A DNA stretch of 64,000 nt from Octopus vulgaris (lineage: Eukaryota), in NCBI GenBank assembly GCA_951406725.2, contig OX597821.1:105896001-105960000 (forward strand), in the 5' to 3' direction. Position numbers and translations under genes: made by a program. This document shows positions 54,215 through 64,000 of this stretch, piece by piece; within the stretch, counting starts at the first letter, position 1, and each line of letters begins with the position of its first letter. The notes beneath the pieces are model-generated. The model had not been told where the DNA came from. It saw only the letters and a program-made list of their open reading frames with translations, and did no database searches.

Positions 54215-55088
54215 AACTTAAAATAACTTAGAAAGGTTTTGGCCAGTATTGGCCCAGGCCATGTCTAACTTAATAGCACTACCTGGCGAAGTCTTTCAAT
54301 TCAGGATTTGGGCAGCAAGGCCCATTCGAGCAGAGAGTTATTGTTTGCGGAGACATATCCGAGTGTGGGTGGTTTGTCCGGGACTGTTTGAAGGAAGTTG
54401 TCCAAAGACTTCTTGAATTTTGTGTGGTCAGTTTCGTTTTTGATGTGTTCTGGTGTAATGCTGAAGAGAGCGGGTCCAATTGAGGTGAAATAGTTGTGCC
54501 GTATTGTCGTTATATGATGCGATTTAGATTTTTGCTGTGGACGGGTGGCACGTGGTCCAAGCCTTGGATGTATTTTGAAGGTGATGCCAACATCATTTGG
54601 ACAGTGCTGATGGAATATTTTCCACATCATACAGATAATGTAGCGTTCACGGCGTCGTTGGAGTGAATACAGTTTCAGCTTCTCTAGTCTACCCCAGTAG
54701 TCAAGGTCTGACATGCCATCTATCTTCTTTGTTATTGACCTTTGGGGAACTTCAATTCTCATAATATTTTGTTTTGTGTAGGGAGACCACAGTGGACAGC
54801 AGTATTCAAGGTGGGGTCGGGCAAAAGTGGAGAAGAGAAGGATAATAGTGTGGGAATCTCTCGACTGGAAGGTTCTGAGAAACCAGGAACACATTCCGCG
54901 GGCCATGTCAACTTTGCTGCTTATATGTGTAGCCCAGCTTATGTTGTTGTCCACTGTTACTCCCAAGTATCTGATGTTGTTGGACGCCATGAGAATTTCT
55001 CCAGAAGGAAGGGAGTATGGGAGTTTCAGAGCGTCCTCCCTTCCAAAGAGGATCAGTTCGAATAGTTTCAGAGCGTCCTCCCTTCCAA
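54215..55088 (-). mobile_element. second CR1-group LINE, 3' fragment, different subfamily
   Basis: [34 protein letters not shown] and FKKSLDNFL; stop at 54301-54303. Confidence 0.92.
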
Positions 55089-55090
55089 GT

Positions 55091-55156
<66 letters not shown>

Positions 55157-55241
55157 ATATATATATAAATATATATGCACATATATATATATATGTATAT
55201 ATACGTATATATATGTATATATATGTATATATACATGTTTG

Positions 55242-55272
<31 letters not shown>

Positions 55273-55914
55273 ATATGTGTATATACAAACACACTGAAGC
55301 ACACTCGCACACATATACACGCACAAACAAGCACCCACACGCACACATACATACGCACGCACGCACACACACACACACGCACACGCACACACACATATAT
55401 ATAAATGCATTTCTGTGTATTTTGTACAGCCGTTGAAAGCTCATGTAATTTTATTTTAAAAGGACACGCGGAATGCGATCTAAATTAATCACAGTATACA
55501 ATATCAATAATAGTGCAACCGATATTTTAGATAACTTTATTTTAATGATAAAAAATAGAACCGTAAATTTATATTAAATTACAACTTTCAAGAAATCGCT
55601 GCTTGCTATTTTTGCATCTTGAACTTTTCATTTTCGTTATCGCATATATGTTTTGACATTTCCGTTTTCTTCTAAATTTTCATCGGTGTTATGAACGGAT
55701 AATTTCTATTCATGCCAAAATGTTGACAAAACACTGACCTTATACTGTAGTTTTTACACGTTGTATAAATACAGTGATCTTTTCTCAAAACTGCGTATAC
55801 ACAAATAACGCAATCAGTTTGAATTCAGCGTGAAATAACGTAGAAATTTTGAGAATGAATAGTTGTAAATTAGTAACATACACAGGAATATTATATATAG
55901 ATTACAAATGCTAG

Positions 55915-56060
<146 letters not shown>

Positions 56061-56062
56061 AA

Positions 56063-56610
56063 TGCCCTGATGCAGTACCAGGCAGTGGCTCTCATGGCTT
56101 CTTATCTTAACTGATTGGAAGTGTTATCATGTACATTGTTTTGTCTTGGTAAAAAAGATGGGCTACAGCAAATATTCTGCTCAATACCACAGATTTGCTT
56201 GTCAGTTGTTTGACCTTAACCAGTTGAGCATGTCCCTTAGTGACTGACGATATGTGCATCTCTGATCACGAGCAGAAGTAGTGGGGGAGCATCATAGCCA
56301 TGTGTTGAGAGGGATTCTTTGAATAGTTCACCTCTGGTAACATGGGTAGTTCTTTCAACATCATTAAACAACCCTTATTCAGGGACATTTTGAGCGGGAT
56401 GGGCTACTCAACCTGAAGAAATTTCTAACTGGGCCCCACTTGCAAGGTCATGTGCTGTTTATCTTGATATAAGGTCACCATGTCGCGCACATATGATTGT
56501 GATGCATGTGCCTGGTGTACCCTTATCAGATGGGTAGTCATGATGGGTATATTGGGCTTCGTATATTTTACCCCAGTGTAACTTTGATGGCATGAACTGC
56601 TCTCTCACTC
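56063..56610. mobile_element. non-coding, about 550-bp interspersed element in (TAA)n, copy 2
   Basis: Colinear with 13301-13822. Confidence 0.85.
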
Positions 56611-57809
56611 AATAATAATAATAGAAAAGGCAAACAATTAGGCAAAACTTGACAAGACGTTTGATTTAATTTGTTTTGTGACAGTTGATTTTACTATTGT
56701 ATCCGAGGTATATCTGAATGACTTCTCACTTTTAAGTAAATCTAGACCAGCACTACCACTCTATGAACTTTTTTGTGGCTTAGAATCTTTCTATTAATTA
56801 TGCATCAATTGCCTGGAATATAATGGAAGAGAGCCAGGTTTCAGACATTATCTTTGGCGTTGTGAATAACGGCAGGTTTTAGGGTCGGACCATAGATAAA
56901 TATAGGTACGAACACAGAACTGAAGATTATGAGTTTTTTCTTTTGTAACTACATTTCTTTTTCTGATGTCCTAATGCGGAAGCCGACAGACACTGGACAT
57001 GAAAGAGATGGATGTACATATTATAAAAAATCTCACAATAAATGACTGCATACTAAATGTTAGAAATCACGTTCTTCACAGAAAAGCACGAAGCAACGAA
57101 CAATATAATTTCTTTAAGGACGATGCGCTTTTCAGTGCTAAGTCATTAGTTTTATAGCTTAAATCTTCTCCAGTTACATTAGTCCCAGCAAGTACGAAAT
57201 TTTCTTCTGCTTAACTATGCTTATACAACAGGAGACCGCTGCAACTCGTTATACTGTATTAGTGAAAATATAGTTGGAGAGAAGAATACAAGCTTAAAAC
57301 ACTTTAATTTTTATGTATAATTCCATAAATTTCAGAACAGAAATACTAATAAAAACCTGGAAAGTAAACGACCTAAATACACCAAGTGCCTCGCTCGTAA
57401 AAATACAAAATGACTTGATACCTAGTAGGGTTTACCACTGCACAAATATTTATATCTAGCATTGTATATATTATTGTTTGTGGAATTTTACCGAATAACC
57501 TTGGCGATTTTACAAACAATGCATTAAATAATTGTAACAATGTTATGTTTTAAACGAGATTGCTAAAATCTTTGAAGTTTGTGCTAAGAGACTTAGGAAT
57601 GCTATTGTTTCGATTTACATCTAAAGGTATGAGATGAACATAGGAAAATTACACAGACGATTACATGTTTGTGTGTAGCTTTGGCTTTCGCTAAATAAGA
57701 ATCAAATAAAAGCAAGTCGCTCTGAATATTTTATGTTTATCTGTTGCTTGTTTCAGTTATTACACTGCAACCAAGATGGGACACTACATTCAGATCAACT
57801 GCGCGCTAT

Positions 57810-58220
57810 ATTTTTTACTCTTTTACTTCTTTCAGTCATTTGACTGTGGCCAGGCTGGAGCACCGCCTTTATTCGAGTAAATCGACCTCAGGACTTATTC
57901 GTTGTAAGCCTAGTTTTTATTCTATCGTTCTCTTTTGCCGAACCGCTAAGTTACGGGGACGTAAACACAACAGCATCGGTTGTCAAGCGATGTGGGGCTG
58001 GACAAACACAACCACACACATACATATATACATATATCTATACACACACAAATATACCCACACATACATATATACGACGGGCTTCTTTCAGTTTCCGTCT
58101 ACCAAATCCGATCACAAGGCCTTGGTCGACACTTGCCGAATGTGCCACGCACTGGGACTGAACCCGGAAACATGTGGTTCGTAAGAAAGCTACTTATTAC
58201 ACAGCCACACCTACGCCTAT
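57810..58220 (-). mobile_element. SINE family A, near full length (partial extra copy at about 58228-58300)
   Basis: Colinear with 15288-15668, with a small internal deletion. Confidence 0.88.
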
Positions 58221-58858
58221 ACTTTTCACGAACCGCTCAGTTACGGGGACGTAAAAGCACCAACACTTGTTATCAAGCGGTGTACGGAACAAACAACACA
58301 GAGTCTCTCTCCTAGTTTCTCACAAAAAAAAACACACACAAACACACACACACACATACATACAGACACGCACGCACATAGATATTTACTTATATGCGAT
58401 AAGTTTCTTTGGTCTTTCGGTTTCCGTCTACCGATTTGTTCGATAGTGTGTTAGTAAAGAAATAGGTTTGAGCGTCACTGTTTGTTGACCTTGTCAAGAG
58501 ACCTGTATTTTGGCCCTGGCAAAAGCAGTACTTGTTGGGTTATTGTAAACATGTCCCAGGGATTTTACATTTCAATTTTTATCATCATCATTGTCATCAT
58601 TATTATTGTTATCATTGTTATTGTTGTTGGTGGTGATGATGATGGTGATGGTAGTAAGAGTAGCTGTGGTAATAGTACTTTAAACCCCAAAATAAGGTAA
58701 TTTTAACTGACCTATCTTTTGACATATTTAGTATTTTCCTGCTATCATCATAATGAGCACCATTAGTTTTGTTTTTGTTAGTGGTAGTGGTCCTGGCAAT
58801 AGAAATAGTACCCCTAATTATTAGTATTTTTTTTTTATTTAGCTTGGGTTGGAATTAA

Positions 58859-59134
58859 TTAATAAAGTTCTTTTTCTCTTATTTTTCTTTCGGTTACACT
58901 TGGACTGTAATTTGTAGAATGGAAATAGTATATTTTCCAACCCCATGTTGCTAGATGGTTACTGAAAGGTATATGACGGATATCTGCCTCTCTAATTTGC
59001 TGTCGGTGCACCCGTGGACGTTCTGATAGTGCATTTCCAGTCTGACCTATATATAGTTCTTCACAATTTGAGTATTTGATGCAGCAAACTAAATTTCTGC
59101 TTTTGCAGTTCGTTTTGATCAAACCAAACACCAA
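58859..59134 (-). pseudogene. Penelope-like element GIY-YIG endonuclease fragment
   Basis: NCKSRNLVCCIKYSNCEELYIGQTGNALSERPRVHRQQI...NH...RKIREK: YIG-x-T and R-x-x-H with the Cys pattern typical of Penelope-like elements. Confidence 0.85.
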
Positions 59135-59434
59135 TCAACTTCAGTAATTTACTAAAATCACACACTGATTGGTCAGAATACAGTTTGCAAAAAAATGACA
59201 TTCTGGAGCCTAGGCAAATGTATTTCAGGCACAGTTTAGTCATTTCACCACTCATGAAAATTGGTAAACATAACTGCTCCCACTACTACATGAACCTGAA
59301 GATTTGTACGAAAATGCTAGTTCAATCAAAATGAAATTCTATCATTTCATTATATTACATTATCTTATATTATCATCAGGTTGCAAATAAGACGTGAAAA
59401 GTTGAAATTCTTCTATGCACAATCATACTCACCC

Positions 59435-59460
<26 letters not shown>

Positions 59461-59466
<6 letters not shown>

Positions 59467-60670
59467 ATTAGAGACAAAACCACTATTTTGCAAAACAAAC
59501 AAGGAAAGACTTAATCAATACATAAAATTTTAATAAATAGTCAAAAAAACCGCCACTACAATTGTTTCTTGTCTTGATCGACAATCTTCAGGTGGACTTC
59601 CAATCTAAAATATCAATATTTTAAAATATAAAAATAATAATTTTAAAATAATTAAAGTATTAATGAAAAATATAAATATATAATCCATATATAACCTATA
59701 TATAATCCATATATAATCAATATATAAACAATATATAAACTAAAATAAACCTATCAACAATTAAATATAAAATATAAAATATAAAATATAAAATATAAAA
59801 CAAAACAAAAAAATAATAATAATATAATAATAAACTATATATACACCCATACACATATAACTAATTATATATAACCATATCTAACTACATACACTAAATC
59901 ACACACCTATATATATATCCCTATACATACACATAAAAACGTCTAGGCAACTATAAATAAATAAAATGGCAAAACGAACACCACTCAAAAATTATGAATG
60001 AAACAATGTAATAAAACAACAAACATCGAAAATAGACAAATTACCACGAATTCCCTAAAAAAAACATGATAAACCAAAACTCTTAAAAACATATAACGAT
60101 AAAATCTCCCTTTGCTAATCTCTATAACAAACCTATATAGCAATCCCCCTAACCTAAACCTTCACACACAAATACACACACGTAAACCACAGACCCACGA
60201 CTTATACAAATACCCACCTCACTCACACATACCTATACTAACTTATAAACCTCAATATACACCAAAAACCCACTCCCTCCCCACACAGACAAATTAACAC
60301 ATACATCCCCAAACCTATATAACTAACCCATATACACATTCACACACAAACACACACACACGCAAAACACACACACACAACAGATACATATACTCCCTCA
60401 CATATACGCATATACATACTCACTAAACTCGATATATACAACAATATTTACACACCCACACTCATACAGATAAATAAATTATACAACTAAAAACTCACAC
60501 ACAATCTCATATACATAAACACTCCAATGAAAAACAACATTAAATACATCGTAATTAACCAGAATATCAAAAATAACAATATGACATAAGGAGAAATAAA
60601 ATACATACTTACAAGTCAGTTTCAAATTATGAAGTGAAATTAAATTCTAAGCCGTTAAAAAAATCAAACC
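59461..60670 (-). mobile_element. (TA)n-flanked Penelope-like terminal region with a G-poor tract
   Basis: Contains a hammerhead on the same strand as the nearby GIY-YIG fragment. Confidence 0.55.
59553..59595 (-). ncRNA. minimal type I hammerhead ribozyme
   Basis: Minus strand reads CCAC-CTGAAGA-TTGTC gatcaa GACAA-GAAA-CAATTG-TA-GTGG. Canonical core, GUA triplet, palindromic stem III. Confidence 0.82.
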
Positions 60671-60757
60671 ATATATATATATGTGTGTGTGTACAAATGA
60701 TATTAATTCATATAGAGTACCTATCTGTTGAATTTGCTACCACGGATCAGTACATTG

Positions 60758-60817
<60 letters not shown>

Positions 60818-61087
60818 TATCTCCCTAACACTTTCTCCTTCTCTTTATATATGTGTGTGTTTGTGTGGTGAAATCATGCGGCATAGAGGTCAGGGTTCTG
60901 CACCTACGATCGCTAGACCGTGTGTTCGCGTCGCACATTTCTTTCTTCAGCAAAGCATTTAGTTTCCTGTTATTCCAGTCGAGTCTGTCCAAAACATGCA
61001 AAATTGTTACTAACTGGCTTTCTCGTCAGAGTGAGTGTTGGCTTGCGCATTGCCAACTGTTGATGCATTATTCAAATGGTAAAACTA

Positions 61088-61123
61088 TGCAAGGCGCTTT
61101 GTGACCGACGATTTATAGTCTGG

Positions 61124-61154
<31 letters not shown>

Positions 61155-61420
61155 ATATATATGTGCGTGTGTGTGTGTATGTGCGTGCGTGTGTGTGTGT
61201 ATATGTTTGTGTGCCTGTGTTTGTTCGCCAACATCACTTCACAGCCGATGCTGGTGTATTTTCGTCCTCGTAACTTAGCGCGTCGGAGAAACAAACCGAT
61301 AGAATAAGTACTAGATTTAGAAAGAATATATCCTGGGGTCGATTCGCTGGATTAAAAGCGGTGCACCAGCATGGTCGCAGTCAAATGGCTGAAAAAGTAA
61401 AAGAGTAAAAGAGAGTAAAG
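61088..61420 (+). mobile_element. SINE family A, 3' part
   Basis: gatgctggtgt...gatagaataagtacta...gcggtgcaccagcatggtcgcagtcaaatggctgaaa. Confidence 0.8.
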
Positions 61421-61429
61421 TGTATATAA

Positions 61430-61482
<53 letters not shown>

Positions 61483-61880
61483 AATGCATACGCACACATA
61501 AATGTGTCTGTCTGCGTGCCACTGCGTATGATTCTGTGCGCAGTTTCCTCTTCGTATATCTTTGTGAGAGCATTTATTTGAGTATGTGATTGTTTATGAT
61601 AGTTTTTATATCCGTCTCGCACGGAAGCTGGTGTCTTCTGTGATGAATGAGAGATAATTATAAATGGTAATTAAACCGTGCCATGTTTGTGTTTCTCTAA
61701 AATGATATGGCAAAAGTAATTAATCTCTACCTACGACGACTCTAAATTAGACGCATGACATAGTAGAGGAAGTGTGGAAAATCTACTTATATATGTATAC
61801 ATAATTATGTATGGATGTATATATTTCTGTATACATACATGCGTGTCTGTATATGTGTTGATAAATATATATACATACAT

Positions 61881-61991
<111 letters not shown>

Positions 61992-61995
61992 CATA

Positions 61996-62037
<42 letters not shown>

Positions 62038-62384
62038 CGTATGTATGTCATTAATGATTTTACAGCCTAATTGTCATTCAACGCACTACCACATTGTCAG
62101 TATTTAAATTGTGAAGATGAAGGAAATGAACGACTCTCTGATCAAATGATCATATACCTCGTGCTTACAAGTGCATACACACACATACACGTATATAAAT
62201 TTACATTCATATACATCTCTCATATTTATGTCGATGTATATAAAAAATGATCTTAATGTGTTATTCCGATGTTGTAAGTTATACAAAACATGTCTTAAGT
62301 ATATCTTTTTGATGCTATAATCTTCGCCTTTGCTGTAAATAACACCATACTCACTCAGAGATTTTAAAAATGATCTCCAAGCAT

Positions 62385-62585
62385 GATTAGTTACTGCCAA
62401 ACTATATCTCAAAGGCCCGCTTCCGTTGCCTCGATACATGCTTCTGGCCTGGTTTACTGCGCTCTCTACCAGCTCCTTATATTTGAGAAACTTCCTCTCA
62501 TGATCTTCCTCCATAGGTTGCAACGGTCTAACTGTCCGGATGTTTTGTTCTCGCCTGTTACATTCTCGTTCCAGTTTTTGTGGAC
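62385..62585 (-). pseudogene. remnant of a restriction-like endonuclease from an RLE-type (HERO/NeSL/R2-like) retrotransposon
   Basis: MEEDHERKFLKYKELVE resembles the EEAHERKxxKYxxLV motif. Confidence 0.5.
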
Positions 62586-62610
62586 ATTTACATATATATA
62601 TATATATATA

Positions 62611-62947
62611 TGGCTCAGTGGTTAGAGCGTCGAGCTTACGATCGTGAGGTTGTGAGCTCGAATCCCGGACTGGGCTGCGTGTTGTGTTCTTGAGCAAGAC
62701 ACTTTATTTCATGTTGCTCCAATTCACTCAGCTGTAGAAATGAGTTGCGACGTCACAGGTGCCAAGCTGTATCGGCCTTTGCCTTTCCCTTGGACAACAT
62801 CGGTGACGTGGAGAGGGAAGGTCGGTATGCATGGGCGACTGCTGGTCTTCCATGAAAAAAAACAATCTTGCCCAGGCTTGTGCCTCAGAGGGTAACTCTC
62901 TATGTGCAAACCTATGGTCAGTGTCTGACCGAAGGGGGTCACCACCA
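62611..62947 (+). mobile_element. tRNA-derived SINE with CORE-like block and a different tail from 27268
   Basis: tggctcagtggttagagcg (A box), gagctcgaatccc (B-box-like) and ttgtgttcttgagcaagacacttt. Confidence 0.85.
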
Positions 62948-64000
62948 TATAGATATATGTAAATGTCCAGAATCACGCCGGTTGCGGAGGAGGAGAGAAA
63001 ATAGTAATTTAGTGAAGGAGAAGTAGTGAGAGTAATAGTCCTGGCTGAGAGCGAGGGAGGGAAAGTAATAGCAACGTGAGAAAAGAAGGGGTAAAAAAAA
63101 ATCAACCTTTCAATACTGGGCGAATATATACGTGTATGTGTGTGCGTGTACATGGGAAAAGTGTGAATGTTTGTATGTGGGATTATGATTACGAGGCACA
63201 TTATTTTGTACATTATTTAATTATTAAATACTACAATTAGCCGCCATTATTGACGGAACGTGGTCAGCTAGTATGCTAGTATTTCACACGCATTGTATAT
63301 TTAACTAGCAATTCTGCCTGAGAATCGATAAGATTAATGCAACTTATTTTATGATTTGGATATTTGAGGTTAGATCTGTCAGACCTTGAATTAAAATAAA
63401 CAATATAAGTCACCTACCATCTATTTAGAATATGGATTCATGACACACGACAGAAGCAACTGGCATTGTATGGTTTTTCCTTACCTATGTTTAATAAATT
63501 CATTGAATGATTTTGAAATATTATGAAACGTAGAATGTAACACAGAAATGTCGATAAGAAACTTGCTTTGTAATCACGCAGTTTTCAGTTTGGGCAAGTG
63601 TCTTCTAATATGCTCTTTGGTCGACTAATGACTTGTGAATACATTTCATACGCGGAAAATATGTGCAAACTGTGTGCGTGTATATGTAGGTGTATGAGTG
63701 TATGTGTATTTGGTTATGTCTGTGATTGCATTTGGTCGTTGACATCAAAATTCACATAAGGCATAAGTTTTTGGGTCGATGACTTCGAGTATACCACTAA
63801 AAGCCAGTGACCCTACTTAGTGACATCCATCTTGATTAAATTTCTGTACGTATGCCTATCAGCTTCCCTCGCAATGAACACCGTAAGAACTAAAACCTAA
63901 AGAGCGAACCACTTCGATTCGAAGCACTTACATCATAAAATTTATCAGCCATCAAGAGTGAACTCTACACGTCACAAACCACATGTAGGTGACTCTTTAT

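Noticed and set aside
62960-63140. Possible Penelope C-terminus and 3' UTR remnant on the minus strand
   Set aside because: Similarity is too weak to support without a profile search.

Overview
This is an AT-rich animal genomic window saturated with microsatellites ((TA)n, (CA)n, (GATA)n, (TAA)n). The SINE families and repeat density resemble coleoid cephalopod (octopus-like) DNA, which is inference rather than a database match. I found no supportable host protein-coding exon, and most listed ORFs are microsatellite artefacts. Content is mobile DNA: several tRNA-derived SINE families; 5'-truncated LINEs (two CR1-like, two R4/Dong-like in (TAA)n, one L1/Tx1-like, smaller remnants); a Penelope GIY-YIG fragment; and a probable non-autonomous Helitron. 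The main signal is a set of minimal type I hammerhead ribozymes in (TA)n-flanked modules. The best example is a perfect head-to-tail 480-bp non-coding repeat (4261-5323) with one intact hammerhead per unit, preceded by an inverted copy that starts almost at the predicted cleavage site. This is a retrozyme/Penelope-pLTR-like unit that could release a 480-nt self-cleaved, possibly circular, RNA. Other points: a SINE-LINE 3' tail pair with a compensatory stem change, a perfect 54-bp palindrome, a pseudoknot candidate, and an orphan 101-aa ORF inside the Helitron ends. All alignments and folds were done by eye, so element boundaries are approximate.
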